A DNA stretch of 64,000 bases. Origin: an uncultured Gammaproteobacteria bacterium (lineage in GTDB: Bacteria; Patescibacteriota; Patescibacteriia; S139-126). The position numbers were made by a program, and so were the translations under genes. How positions within the stretch are numbered: position 1 is the stretch's first letter; every line of letters starts with the position of its first letter. Below the pieces are notes generated by a model. That model saw only the letters and a program-made list of their open reading frames with translations. It made no database searches and was not told the DNA's origin. Where the stretch lies: NCBI GenBank assembly GCA_964620905.1, contig CAZUKA010000001.1, positions 455,646 through 519,645 on the forward strand. The letters are read 5' to 3'. Positions 45,455 to 55,911 of the stretch are shown piece after piece.

Positions 45455-46426
45455 TTATCTTTTCAAAATTAATTTATCAAATTTTTTTTGATCTGCTAAT
45501 AATTTCTTCTGGGCTGGTAATAAATATTTTAATTCCCATTTTATCAAACTCTGTGGCAATTTACCTGAATTATAACCAAAAGCCGAACCATACATATCTT
45601 CATAAATATGACTGGCAAAAAGAAAATTTAAAGACGGCCATAAATATTTTTTTTCTTTTGAAGTTAATTTTCTATTTTTTTCATAACCGCGTAATAATTT
45701 ATCGGTCAAATTATAATTGACAAAACCTTCTCTAGCACAATTCCAGATAATTGTATTGGCAATATCCAAAACCAATGGTCCATAATAAAAATTGTCAAAA
45801 TCTATAACTCCTGACAACTTGCCTTTTTGATAAAAAATATTTCCTGGTCTAACATCAACATGTATCGCCCCAAGTGGCAAAATTTTTGGTAAACGGAATT
45901 TTTTTATTAATAAAATGATATATTTTATATCTTTGGTGTGATGATTAAATTTTTTGATAATCTGGGCACAGGTCTTTTCAATCATATTTTCTGAACATTC
46001 GTAAAATCGGTAACGTCCGACTGATGATTTTATAAATCTTGCTTGAGAGTGATATTGGCCGAGAAACTTGCCAATCTGGTTTACATGTTGAGCTGTTATA
46101 TTTTTTATTACCCTACCTGGTAAATATTTATAAATAATAGTAGGTTGATTTTTAAATTTAAATAAATATTGACCTTTGTTATTTGCTAATAATCTAGGTG
46201 TGGGTAAATTTTTTAAATTGTTTAATAATTCAATCTCACCTTGGACTTGAGACCAAGTATTACGATAAGCCAAACGCAAAATAAAACTACCACCGGTGGT
46301 GACAATTTTATATGAAAGGTTGGCCATGCCTTCCTTTTCTTGTTTAAAAAAAATTAATTCTCCCAAATCGTCAAAATCAGATAACAATTTTTTTATATCT
46401 GCTTTTCCAACTTCTACAAATTTCAT
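45455..46426 (-). CDS. Phosphotransferase-family kinase (APH/CotS/choline-kinase-like)
   Basis: Brenner-like HVDVRPGNIF and IDFDNFYYG motifs. Confidence 0.7.
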   Translation of the reverse strand: MKFVEVGKADIKKLLSDFDDLGELIFFKQEKEGMANLSYKIVTTGGSFILRLAYRNTWSQVQGEIELLNNLKNLPTPRLLANNKGQYLFKFKNQPTIIYKYLPGRVIKNITAQHVNQIGKFLGQYHSQARFIKSSVGRYRFYECSENMIEKTCAQIIKKFNHHTKDIKYIILLIKKFRLPKILPLGAIHVDVRPGNIFYQKGKLSGVIDFDNFYYGPLVLDIANTIIWNCAREGFVNYNLTDKLLRGYEKNRKLTSKEKKYLWPSLNFLFASHIYEDMYGSAFGYNSGKLPQSLIKWELKYLLPAQKKLLADQKKFDKLILKR

Positions 46427-46431
46427 ATATT

Positions 46432-46830
46432 CTAAATTTTAAAATACACTCTCGCCTGTCTCATATCTTCCATCACTTGTCTGATCAGTTCTGTCTCATC
46501 AGTAAAATCTTTGGTATCACGCAATTTAAAAATAAGTTCTAGTTGCATTTCTTCACCATACAAATCTTCTCGCCAGTTGAACAAATGCGTTTCAACCCTA
46601 ATATTTTCTTCTTTAAATATTTTAACTGGACCAATATGAGTCACGCCATATAATTTTTGTCCCCGAAAGTAAGTCAAACTACACCAAACACCCTGCCAAT
46701 CAGTCAGGGGGTATTTTTCAGCCAAGTGTAAATTGTAAGTAGGAAAACCCATAGTTTTGCCTTTGTCAAAACCATGAATTACATTCCCGCGGATAATATT
46801 TTCTTTCATAATACCAATAAAGTATAACAC
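46432..46830 (-). CDS. Monofunctional riboflavin kinase (RibF C-terminal-type domain)
   Basis: …GFPTYNL…GVTHIGP…ETHLF… motifs. No FAD-synthetase domain. Confidence 0.7.
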   Translation of the reverse strand: MLYFIGIMKENIIRGNVIHGFDKGKTMGFPTYNLHLAEKYPLTDWQGVWCSLTYFRGQKLYGVTHIGPVKIFKEENIRVETHLFNWREDLYGEEMQLELIFKLRDTKDFTDETELIRQVMEDMRQARVYFKI

Positions 46831-46890
46831 TAAAAATTCAAATAAAAAACTGAAAACCTAAGTTTTCAGTTGTTGTCTTAATTTCGCCCT

Positions 46891-47424
46891 TTAGATAGGG
46901 ATAAAACTATTTTTAAAAATGCTTTTGATTTTTACGTAACCATGCTGATTACAAATTTTTATGATTTTATCAAAAACCTGATGTTTGAATTCGTGATCCT
47001 CCTGCCACAATAAAAATTTGTCTGTCACTGCAACGGATAAACCGGGATTACTAAGTAATTTTTTTTCTATTTCCAATAAATCATGATGGTCAAAATCATC
47101 GTTTTCATTACAAGCAATAAATTTCTGAAATAATCTTTCTTTGGAGCATTGGAATAGAAAAAATTCATACATTGATTGAAATGGGATATAAAGACCCTGA
47201 ATCATAAGTGAAAAATACTTACTTTTTTCATTTTTAACAAAAATCAAATGTCCGCGCTCGTCTACTGCATCTTTATATTCTTCAGCGGTAATATTTATAC
47301 CGCCAATTTTTTCCGGCTCATTAGAATCAACCAAAAAATATCTTTTTTTTCCACTTTCATCCAAAGTGATATAGTATAAACGGTTTAGTTCACCACAGAT
47401 TACAGCTTTGAAAATACGTTCCAT
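46891..47424 (-). CDS. Hypothetical protein (177 aa)
   Basis: Intact ORF with no recognisable motifs. Confidence 0.45.
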   Translation of the reverse strand: MERIFKAVICGELNRLYYITLDESGKKRYFLVDSNEPEKIGGINITAEEYKDAVDERGHLIFVKNEKSKYFSLMIQGLYIPFQSMYEFFLFQCSKERLFQKFIACNENDDFDHHDLLEIEKKLLSNPGLSVAVTDKFLLWQEDHEFKHQVFDKIIKICNQHGYVKIKSIFKNSFIPI

Positions 47425-47556
47425 TTTTTCTCCTTTTTTGTGATTGTTTAGTATTTTGTAAGAACAAATAATTTATCTATCTTAAGGTCAAAATAATATT
47501 TTGTCAAACAAAAAAATCCCACTAGTAGCAAGATTTTTTTGTAAAATAAACTATTT

Positions 47557-47697
47557 TTTATTGCGAAAACGTCCGTAAGTTTTTTTGGCAAGTTTTCCAC
47601 TATGGCGTGATTGTTTGCTTTGCCGACTCATTTTGAATTTTGGCAACTTTACACCAGTTGAAGGATTACCAGAACGCGTTCTATTCTTTTTAAGCAT
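47557..47697 (-). CDS. Small, highly basic protein (48 aa; MLKKNRTRSGNPSTGVKLPKFKMSRQSKQSRHSGKLAKKTYGRFRNKK), below the ORF-track size cut-off. It is reminiscent of a ribosomal or nucleic-acid-binding micro-protein, but the family is not recognised.
   Basis: ATG-initiated ORF in an otherwise empty 430-bp intergenic region. An AT-rich promoter-like region (multiple TATAAT-like words) lies at 47700-47860. Confidence 0.35.
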
Positions 47698-47858
47698 AAA
47701 ATTAATTAAGTTATTTTTAAAATTTTGTGAAATTATGATAACACACTAAGAGAAATAAAACAAGGTTTATAAAATTATAAATTGTAAATTATAAATGAAT
47801 TATAAATTACAAAATTTAAAAATTAAAAATTGGTTTAAAATTTATAATTTAAAATTAC

Positions 47859-48299
47859 TCATCTCTTTCTCTCATACAAACCTGTGATCATTACCCTATC
47901 TAAAACGTGTCCTTCAATCTGATACAAAAAATCTTGATAATCTTCTGGGTTAATTGTTTCTACATCCAAAGCAGACAAAATAAACTGGTAACGATGTACC
48001 CCGCTGGGTGGACACGGGCCATGATATTCAAATTTACCGGCATCATTTTTAATCTGCACCGCTGCTGATGGTAATTGAGTTGAACTTGCCAATGATAAAT
48101 CTTGAGCTGGTAAATTTACTACCAACCAATGCAAAAACCCAACTCCCGGAGCATCTGGGTCAAACATACAAAGAGCCAATGCTTTTGCTACAACTGGAAT
48201 ATCAGTCCAAGCTAAATGTGGTCTGGTGTGTCCACCATCACAAGTAAACCTGGAATCTAAAAATTGATTGTCTGAAAAATCATTACTATAAATTTTCAT
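47859..48299 (-). CDS. YbhB/YbcL-family PEBP (Raf-kinase-inhibitor-like) protein
   Basis: …DPDAP…HWLVVNLP…GPCPPSGVHRYQFILSALD…. Confidence 0.75.
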   Translation of the reverse strand: MKIYSNDFSDNQFLDSRFTCDGGHTRPHLAWTDIPVVAKALALCMFDPDAPGVGFLHWLVVNLPAQDLSLASSTQLPSAAVQIKNDAGKFEYHGPCPPSGVHRYQFILSALDVETINPEDYQDFLYQIEGHVLDRVMITGLYERKR

Positions 48300-48308
48300 A
48301 AAATTAAA

Positions 48309-48551
48309 TTAGAAACCAAAGCCAAATAAATACCAAGCCAGGAGTGTATGAATGATTACCGAGATATAAAAACCCCACCACATCAAACAATGCCAACGGT
48401 AAAACTTTTTAAACCATTCGTACTGCACCAACTTTTGAAAAATTTTTGGCCCGAGTAGACACCGACAAGAAAAAAAAGTTAAAAGTAAAAATAAAATATT
48501 GGTTATTCCTGCTATTTTAATCACCATCATGGCTAATTGTGAATCAATCAT
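48309..48551 (-). CDS. Hypothetical small membrane protein (80 aa)
   Basis: Two hydrophobic segments. Confidence 0.45.
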   Translation of the reverse strand: MIDSQLAMMVIKIAGITNILFLLLTFFSCRCLLGPKIFQKLVQYEWFKKFYRWHCLMWWGFYISVIIHTLLAWYLFGFGF

Positions 48552-48602
48552 ATAAAAAAATTAATATTTATATTTTTAGTATATCATATCCAAAAACACA
48601 TA

Positions 48603-48633
48603 TAAAAAAAGTCCTAAAAATTTGGACTTTTTA
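48603..48633 (-). terminator. Bidirectional terminator (agtcc-taaaaattt-ggact) downstream of the M23 peptidase gene
   Basis: Hairpin flanked by A7 and T5. Confidence 0.65.
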
Positions 48634-48670
48634 TAAAAAACGAATTAAAACAGAATCACACAAAAAATTA

Positions 48671-49888
48671 TTAATTATCAAGTTGGTCTTGCCAAACAAC
48701 AATGGATCGAAAAAAATCCTCTTGATATTCTTGTTTTAAAGCCTCACCTGGGGGCAGCACTTCTCGTAAGGGATTTATTTTTACGCCGTTTTTTACCATT
48801 TCATAATGTAAATGCGGTCCAGTTGATAGACCAGTGGAACCTACCAAACCAATAGTATCACCTTGATTCACCTTTTGTCCTCGTTTCACAGAAATTTTTG
48901 ATAAATGAGCATAATTGGTGGTATAGGTGCCATTGTGTCTGATACTTACTTTATTGCCATAAGAACCTTCCCAACCGGCAAATACTACACTACCGTCACC
49001 CACACTCCTGACTGGAGTACCAGCGCTAGCTGCATAATCAATTGCGCGATGTCCAGTAGAAATGTCAAAAGCTTGAATATACCTTAGTCCCGTAGTAAAA
49101 CCGCTGGAAATATATTTGAAAGCTACTGGTGCTTTCAAAAACATTTTTTGTACATTGTTGCCTTCTTCATCATAGTAACCACTATTTCCTTCTGGATCCT
49201 GATAATAAAATGCATAATAAGCTTTACCATCATTGACAAACTTGCCGGCTAATACCTTACCTGGCATCACATACTCATTATTTAAAAATCTTTCTTCATA
49301 GATAAAAGTGTAAGAGTCACCCACCCTAACGTCCATAGCAAAATCCAAACTCCACTGCAATACTTCTGCCCAAGCTATCACTGCTCTTTCGTCAACTCCG
49401 GCGGCCAGAGCATCAGCATACAAAAAATTTTCTATTGTCCCTTGGCTAGTTTTTACTTTCACTTCATAAGGAATTGCCTGTCTAATAGTTTGCCAGCTAT
49501 CATTATTGTTTTTTTCTACCCACAACTCTTCCTCACTATCCAGTTGATAATATAATTTGTAAAACTGATCACTGTCTGGTTGAAAATAAAATCTGACCGG
49601 TCGACCAACATTTATTTTTGCCAAATCGTATATTTCCAAAGCCGACTGATAAATACTTTGGGCTACTGAAGTAGCGAAGCCTTGTTCAGTCATTATTTTG
49701 CCGTAGGTATCATTCTCACTGACAATATACTCCACCATACGATCGGGTGAAACTACCATCTCTTCTTGCTTAACTGGCCCAGCATCAATCTGGGCAGAAC
49801 GTTGCCAGCCATAAAAAACAAATACTCCTATTATTATGAGTATTATTGAGACAACTATGATTTTATAATAATTTTTCATCCGTAACAC
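48671..49888 (-). CDS. M23-family metallopeptidase (LytM-like) with an N-terminal TM anchor
   Basis: …HRAIDYAASAGTPVRSVGDGSVVFAGW…GNKVSIRHNG…GLVGSTGLSTGPHLHYEM…. Confidence 0.85.
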   Translation of the reverse strand: MLRMKNYYKIIVVSIILIIIGVFVFYGWQRSAQIDAGPVKQEEMVVSPDRMVEYIVSENDTYGKIMTEQGFATSVAQSIYQSALEIYDLAKINVGRPVRFYFQPDSDQFYKLYYQLDSEEELWVEKNNNDSWQTIRQAIPYEVKVKTSQGTIENFLYADALAAGVDERAVIAWAEVLQWSLDFAMDVRVGDSYTFIYEERFLNNEYVMPGKVLAGKFVNDGKAYYAFYYQDPEGNSGYYDEEGNNVQKMFLKAPVAFKYISSGFTTGLRYIQAFDISTGHRAIDYAASAGTPVRSVGDGSVVFAGWEGSYGNKVSIRHNGTYTTNYAHLSKISVKRGQKVNQGDTIGLVGSTGLSTGPHLHYEMVKNGVKINPLREVLPPGEALKQEYQEDFFRSIVVWQDQLDN

Positions 49889-49936
49889 CTATACTAGCAA
49901 AAAATATTTGATTTGACTATATTTTTTTTCACATAT

Positions 49937-50932
49937 CTAAAGCAACCAACCGGCAATCAGAAAATAAATAATCACTCCCATCAAATCCTGAATTACAGTA
50001 GCAATGGGACCACTACCATCAGCTGGATCAAATCTAAAACGATAAAACAAATAAGGGATCAGCAAGCTGGTTATCATGGTAGAAAAAATCACTCCGCCCA
50101 AAGCTACCGGGATTATTCGTATGATAGTCAAATCTTGATAACGCAAAAAACCTATTATGACCATGGCTGCACTGATACTAAGAGCAATAATCAAAACTAC
50201 ACTCAACTGTTTAAAAAAATATTTACGAAAATTGAGTTGCGGATTTAAAGCCAAATCACGAATAAAAAATGCCTGGGTTTGCGCTAGTACCGCTCCGCCC
50301 ATGTACATCATCAACGGGATAAAGGCGGCTAAAATAATATTTTGTTGCAAAGTACTCTCAAACAAACCAACTATTTCCGCTGCCAACACTCCCCCCAACA
50401 GTCCAAGCAACAACCAAGGTAAACGATGTAATAATAAACTTTTCATCGGCAAATCAATCACAGTTTCCCTAGCAGAAATTGAGGGTACGCCTGCCAAATG
50501 CATGGCATCTTCCTGACTTTCTGTATAAAGTACAGAAAGAATTGTATCAGACGGCACTACGCCAACAAAAAAACCCTGTTTATCAACCACCGGTATGGCC
50601 TTGAGATTATTTTTCAAAGCCAGTAATGCCATCCGTTCTTGATGAGTGTGCGGATAAGCCACTACTAATTCTTTTTTCATCACATTACCAACCAAAGCAT
50701 CAGCTGCCTGACGCAGAGTATCTTTGATAGACAATGTTCCAACCAATTTACCTATACTATCTACCACATATATATAATTTATAGATTCAAATTTATGAAT
50801 ATCTTGCTCCAACCATTTAGTGACTTCGGTTATTTTTTTATCAGGCCTTACCACCGGTACGGCGGAAATTGCCAACCGACCCGCTGTATGTGGTGGATAT
50901 TGATGTTTGATTTCTTTTATTTGATCAATCAT
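49937..50932 (-). CDS. mgtE: Magnesium transporter MgtE (CBS pair + MgtE TM domain; short N-terminus)
   Basis: CBS-like segments, then the TM domain with the …DPADGSGPIATVIQDLMG… signature. Confidence 0.8.
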   Translation of the reverse strand: MIDQIKEIKHQYPPHTAGRLAISAVPVVRPDKKITEVTKWLEQDIHKFESINYIYVVDSIGKLVGTLSIKDTLRQAADALVGNVMKKELVVAYPHTHQERMALLALKNNLKAIPVVDKQGFFVGVVPSDTILSVLYTESQEDAMHLAGVPSISARETVIDLPMKSLLLHRLPWLLLGLLGGVLAAEIVGLFESTLQQNIILAAFIPLMMYMGGAVLAQTQAFFIRDLALNPQLNFRKYFFKQLSVVLIIALSISAAMVIIGFLRYQDLTIIRIIPVALGGVIFSTMITSLLIPYLFYRFRFDPADGSGPIATVIQDLMGVIIYFLIAGWLL

Positions 50933-50936
50933 AAAC

Positions 50937-51956
50937 TTATTCCTTTTTTATAATAATACCACGTTTTGCATCTACTTCCACTAGATCGCCATTCTTTAAT
51001 ACCTGGGTGGCAATCTTTGTCCCAATAATACAAGGCTTTTTTAGCTCTCGTGCCACTACGGCAGCATGGCAAGTAATTCCACCTTCATCAGTAATTATTG
51101 CTAAAGCTTTTTTCATAGCCGGTAAAAAAAGGGGGGTGGTCATTGCGGAAACTAATATTTCGGCTTTTTTAAAGGTGTTGATCTCTGTTTTATTTTTTAT
51201 TATTCGTACCTTTCCCATTACCTTACCTTGATAAGCAATATTTCCACTAAATTTTTTTAATTTAATATTAATACTATGACGAACAAAAACATAACGTGGT
51301 TTTTTTTGTAAAAAAAATTCTAATTCCTCAATTTTAAAATATTTTCCAGGAATAAATACACAATTTTTTGTTCGTAAATTTAACTCCCTTGTAGTTGGCG
51401 GATTGCCAATTTCCTTATAAACTATTGAAAGTGCTTGATTGTAGGAAATATGCGGATATAAAAAATGAATGGTATTTCTTATTATTCTATCACTATTGTC
51501 ATAAAAGGAATCTGCTTGTCTTATTTTGATTGCCTTATTTTTTATATATTGAGGATTTCTTTTATCAAGGCAAGAATAATAATAGATTAAAAAATATTTA
51601 GTTCCTAAATCCATCAATTCAATAAAATCCCTTAACTCTTTTAAATTTGTTAAATACCTTTTACGCCAATACCAAACCATTGTTTGTAATATTTTTTCAT
51701 AAAGCTTTACTGACTTTTCAAAAAAATTATTATCTTGTTTGTTCTTTTTTAATAATTCGTCTTTAAACCATTGTATTGCCCTTTTATTCTCCCAAATTTC
51801 TACCACACCATTATTTATATAAAATATTTGGATAGGTGAATATGGATTTCTTTTATTGTTTACACTCAATAAATAACGTCGGAACCATGGCTCTTGTACT
51901 AAGAAACAATTATCACGTGTATAAGCTTTTAAAAATTTTAATTTTTTTAATTTCAT
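50937..51956 (-). CDS. Protein with a C-terminal PEP-utilising-enzyme mobile (phosphohistidine) domain. The N-terminal ~250 aa is uncharacterised.
   Basis: …AEILVSAMTTPLFLPAMKKALAIITDEGGITCHAAVVARELKKPCIIGTKIATQ… (PEP-utilizers motif with catalytic His). Confidence 0.55.
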   Translation of the reverse strand: MKLKKLKFLKAYTRDNCFLVQEPWFRRYLLSVNNKRNPYSPIQIFYINNGVVEIWENKRAIQWFKDELLKKNKQDNNFFEKSVKLYEKILQTMVWYWRKRYLTNLKELRDFIELMDLGTKYFLIYYYSCLDKRNPQYIKNKAIKIRQADSFYDNSDRIIRNTIHFLYPHISYNQALSIVYKEIGNPPTTRELNLRTKNCVFIPGKYFKIEELEFFLQKKPRYVFVRHSINIKLKKFSGNIAYQGKVMGKVRIIKNKTEINTFKKAEILVSAMTTPLFLPAMKKALAIITDEGGITCHAAVVARELKKPCIIGTKIATQVLKNGDLVEVDAKRGIIIKKE

Positions 51957-51971
51957 TTTTATATTTTATTT

Positions 51972-52976
51972 TTATTTATTATTTAGTGCCAATTGCCCGC
52001 AAGCTGCTTTGATGTCTTGGCCAAAAGTAAAACGCTGGCTTACTTCTAGTCCTTGCTTAGTTAAATACTCTTTAAAAACTTTAATATTTTTCGACTTAGC
52101 CGGCCGGTAAGCATTGGTTGGATTGTAAGCAATCAAATTAACCATAACCAATTTATCTTTTAATAACTCAACTAGTTGCCTGGCCTGCGCTAGAGAATCA
52201 TTTACACCATCAATCATTAGATATTCACACATAACTTTACGATTGGTTTTTTTAATATAATAATCAAGCGCCGACAACACTTCTTTAAGGGGAAAATGAG
52301 TATTTATAGGCATTAGTTTGGAACGCAACTCATCATTGGGTGCATGTAAAGACAAAGCTAGATTGATTTGCATTTTTTCTTCAGCAAATTTTTTTATCTT
52401 GGGAGCAATACCAGAAGTGGAAATAGAAATTTTCCTAGCTCCGATATTGAAAATATTTTCGTCATTCAACTGACGCGCTGATTTTAGTACATTGGTATAA
52501 TTTAAAAACGGTTCACCCATGCCCATATAAACCACATTGGTCACCTGATCCTTTTCACCAAGTTGTTTCAATACTCGATTCCACAACAATACTTGTTCAA
52601 CTATTTCCGCAGTTGTTAAATTTCTCTTCAAACCAAACTTGCCCGTGGCACAAAATGTACAAGCTAGGGAACAACCCACCTGACAAGACACACACACTGT
52701 ATGCCTCTCCCCTTCGTGTCGCATCAATACAGTTTCTATTTTATTGCCATCGTTTAAGGTAATCAAAGCTTTACTGGTTTTTTTATCTTGACTATGAAAA
52801 ATATCTGCTTTTATCTCTAGCGGACAACTGTCTTGCAAAACCTTGCGCAATTTTTGCGGTAAAGTTTTTACCTGGTCCCAATCAGTTACCAAATCTATAA
52901 ACATTGCTTGATTTATCTGTTGCTGACGATATGGCGGTTCCGTTATTAATATTTTGTTCAATTTACTCAAATCCAT
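51972..52976 (-). CDS. rlmN: 23S rRNA (adenine2503-C2)-methyltransferase, RlmN/Cfr radical-SAM family
   Basis: CxxxCxxC cluster VSCQVGCSLACTFCATG, plus a conserved C-terminal Cys. Confidence 0.85.
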   Translation of the reverse strand: MDLSKLNKILITEPPYRQQQINQAMFIDLVTDWDQVKTLPQKLRKVLQDSCPLEIKADIFHSQDKKTSKALITLNDGNKIETVLMRHEGERHTVCVSCQVGCSLACTFCATGKFGLKRNLTTAEIVEQVLLWNRVLKQLGEKDQVTNVVYMGMGEPFLNYTNVLKSARQLNDENIFNIGARKISISTSGIAPKIKKFAEEKMQINLALSLHAPNDELRSKLMPINTHFPLKEVLSALDYYIKKTNRKVMCEYLMIDGVNDSLAQARQLVELLKDKLVMVNLIAYNPTNAYRPAKSKNIKVFKEYLTKQGLEVSQRFTFGQDIKAACGQLALNNK

Positions 52977-53014
52977 TTAAAATTTATCCTTAAATTAGTA
53001 ATTAGTAATTAATT

Positions 53015-53521
53015 TTATATTTTTCTACTATCATACGCCCAATGAAGCAAAGCTTGTCTTTGTTTGGGCCTGCAACCAAAATCTCCCCGCAGGCAATGAA
53101 TTCTAACTGCTGCATAATGACGCCTGATTGCTTTCCATCTTTTTATTTGTCGCCAGTCTTCATCAGGAATTCGCCTACCTAAATAATACCGACAATACCA
53201 CTGAAACCAACCCCTGGGATCTTCCGGGTAAATCCATCCCTTCCTGCGCCATTCAGCCAAGGGCAAACTGGCATCAACTTTAAAATAATTTAATCTGATA
53301 TTTTTCTTTGAACTTAGTTTGGCATTTTTAAACCAATCCTTGGGAAACTCTTTTTTACAATCATTCATATATTTTCCACCAAACACCCCCAAAAACAGCA
53401 TTTCTTTGGGAGTGAGTTCTGGTTTAAACTCAGGATGAAAATTCTTTCCCCTAGGTTCAGTCAGATAATACACATAATTTTTTTGCATTTTATCGTTGAT
53501 CACTACTTTCTTTGGTTTCAT
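53015..53521 (-). CDS. Hypothetical basic protein, Trp/Arg-rich (168 aa)
   Basis: Intact ORF. Family not recognised. Confidence 0.45.
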   Translation of the reverse strand: MKPKKVVINDKMQKNYVYYLTEPRGKNFHPEFKPELTPKEMLFLGVFGGKYMNDCKKEFPKDWFKNAKLSSKKNIRLNYFKVDASLPLAEWRRKGWIYPEDPRGWFQWYCRYYLGRRIPDEDWRQIKRWKAIRRHYAAVRIHCLRGDFGCRPKQRQALLHWAYDSRKI

Positions 53522-53593
53522 AGACTAATTATAGAATAATCACCTCTAAACCAAAAGGTTGAAATTATAAATAATCAAGCCTACAATTAAAAT

Positions 53594-55351
53594 ATGAAAA
53601 CTTTAAACAGAATAATATTTACTTTATTTGTTTTTTTTCTTCTTGGCACTACTACTGCTCAAGCAGAAACTATCCATAGTTTTACTTCAGACATAAAATT
53701 AGCGCCAAAATTTTTTACTATTACAGAAACAATTGTCTATGATTTTGGTGATCTGCAGAAACACGGAATTTATCGTGAGATCCCGATTAAATATCAGACA
53801 AATTATGGCAAAAGAAATATTTCTATCAAAGTACTCAAGGTTTTGCGCAATGGTGCAAATGAAACCTACACAGACAAAATTCAAGGGGAAAATTTGAGTA
53901 TAAAAATTGGCTCGGCTGACATAACAATCACCGGTCGGCAAGAATATCAAATCACCTACCAAGTAACAGGGGCAATAAATTTTTTTACTGACTTTGACGA
54001 ACTGTATTGGAATGTCACAGGTAATAATTGGCAAATTAACATGATACAAGTAACAACGGAAATTAATTTGCCTGCGTCTTCCAAGTTAAAACAAGTTGCT
54101 TGCTATCAAGGCATAGCCGGATCGCAAACACCTTGTCGCCAAGCACAAACTGCAAATAATATTAATTTTCAAACTACCAATATATTATATCCTGGTGAGG
54201 GTTTGACCATTGCGTTGGGACTAGATAAAGGTTATTTTCAAGCTCCAACTATTTGGGAAAAAATAGGCAAAATTATCAAAGACAATATTATTTTGCTACT
54301 ACCACTAATAGTGCTGCTGATAATGTATTTAATCTGGCAGCGTCATGGTAAAGATCCTATTGGTCGTGGCACTATCATTGCTGAATATGAACCACCCCAA
54401 AACGTTTCTCCTACTTTGGTAGGCGCCCTTATTGATGAGAAAATTGATAATCGTGACATTACTGCCGGACTTATACACTTAGCCCAACAAGGTTTTATCA
54501 AAATTAATAGAATAGAAAAAACTAGTATTTTTAAATCAGTTGATTATGAGTTGTTAGTCCTTAAAAATCTACCCGACAAAAATGAAGGGGTAAGTGGTTT
54601 AATCAGTGAAATATTTTTTTCTGAATATAAAAAAGAAAAAGATAAATTTATTTCCTTAAAACTTCCAAACCTAGAGTTAATACCACCAAAAAATAGAGAG
54701 GTCGGCAGTAGTATAAAATTATCAGAGATAAAAAAAGATAAACAAATTGCCAAAAGGATAGCTGAATTTAAAAAAAATGTTAGTGAAGAAATGGTTACTT
54801 TTGGCTGGTATGATAAAAATCCTAACACTGTCAAAATAAAATACACTACTCTGGGTGGACTATTAATAACAATCGGGTTTTTTATCGGCGATTTTGCTTT
54901 TGTTTATTTTTTGTCTTTACTCTTGACCGGTGGAGTAGTAATGATTTTTGGCTGGCTAATGCCCAAAAAAACAGCCTTGGGCGCGGAAGTAAAAAATCAT
55001 TTACTTGGCTTTAAAGAATTTTTATCAGTGACTGATACGGAAAGATTTAAATTTCACAACGCCCCGGCCAAAAACCCTGAACAATTTATGCAGTACTTAC
55101 CATATGCTGTGGCGATGGGGGTAGAAAAACAATGGGCCGAGCAATTTAAAGATATTTATATCCAAAATCCTGACTGGTATCAGGGTAGCGTCACCAATGC
55201 CTTTTTAGCAACTCAATTTGTTGGTGATCTATCTAATTTCAATACTCAAATGGGAAATAATATTTCCCATGCCTCCCGCGGCGGTGCAGGTTCTGCAGGA
55301 GGTGGGTTTAGTGGAGGTGGTTTTGGTGGTGGCGGTGGCGGCAGTTGGTAG
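53594..55351 (+). CDS. DUF2207-family membrane protein with a Gly-rich C-terminus
   Basis: Signal peptide, a large extracytoplasmic domain, TM segments and a C-terminal …GGAGSAGGGFSGGGFGGGGGGSW tail. Confidence 0.65.
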   Translation: MKTLNRIIFTLFVFFLLGTTTAQAETIHSFTSDIKLAPKFFTITETIVYDFGDLQKHGIYREIPIKYQTNYGKRNISIKVLKVLRNGANETYTDKIQGENLSIKIGSADITITGRQEYQITYQVTGAINFFTDFDELYWNVTGNNWQINMIQVTTEINLPASSKLKQVACYQGIAGSQTPCRQAQTANNINFQTTNILYPGEGLTIALGLDKGYFQAPTIWEKIGKIIKDNIILLLPLIVLLIMYLIWQRHGKDPIGRGTIIAEYEPPQNVSPTLVGALIDEKIDNRDITAGLIHLAQQGFIKINRIEKTSIFKSVDYELLVLKNLPDKNEGVSGLISEIFFSEYKKEKDKFISLKLPNLELIPPKNREVGSSIKLSEIKKDKQIAKRIAEFKKNVSEEMVTFGWYDKNPNTVKIKYTTLGGLLITIGFFIGDFAFVYFLSLLLTGGVVMIFGWLMPKKTALGAEVKNHLLGFKEFLSVTDTERFKFHNAPAKNPEQFMQYLPYAVAMGVEKQWAEQFKDIYIQNPDWYQGSVTNAFLATQFVGDLSNFNTQMGNNISHASRGGAGSAGGGFSGGGFGGGGGGSW

Positions 55352-55376
55352 TAGTTAATTATTTTATTTAGACAAA

Positions 55377-55408
55377 ATAAAAAACCCGCATATATCTCAA
55401 CGCGGGTT
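55377..55408 (-). terminator. Terminator (aacccgc-atatatctcaa-cgcgggtt; U-run on the minus strand) downstream of 55429..55911
   Basis: Hairpin plus T6 on the minus strand. Confidence 0.6.
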
Positions 55409-55428
55409 AAAATTTGATTTAACTATTA

Positions 55429-55911
55429 TTAAACAGTTAAATCATGTACTGATTCGTATTCTTTTCTTATTTTGGTTTTTTTAAACCTGATTTCTGGAAA
55501 TTGAATTTTCCACAAAACAAAAACCAAGATGTAAGTGGTCACTACCACTAAAGGGGAAAATACATTTTCCCAATAGAAGTACTCAATTTCCATATTTTTG
55601 AACAGTAAAAAGACTGAGGCTATAATAGCGGAAAAAATTAAAGTACCTAAAGGGATATTTACTGTATTATTTTTTATAAAATAAAAAATAATAACAGCAG
55701 ATATTAAAAATAGATAGAACCAGAAGGCAACGATCGTATGACCGTCTATTAATGTTGCTTCATCCAATTCTGGAAAACCAGATGAAACATAATGATAAAT
55801 GTAGTAGCAGGCATAGTCTGCTTCTGCTAGCATGTCAAATTCTGACAATAAAAAAGTACTTACAAATAACATTATTGTTAACACAACAATGTGCTTTGGC
55901 CTGATATACAT
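55429..55911 (-). CDS. Hypothetical integral membrane protein (160 aa)
   Basis: About 4 TM segments. Confidence 0.45.
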   Translation of the reverse strand: MYIRPKHIVVLTIMLFVSTFLLSEFDMLAEADYACYYIYHYVSSGFPELDEATLIDGHTIVAFWFYLFLISAVIIFYFIKNNTVNIPLGTLIFSAIIASVFLLFKNMEIEYFYWENVFSPLVVVTTYILVFVLWKIQFPEIRFKKTKIRKEYESVHDLTV

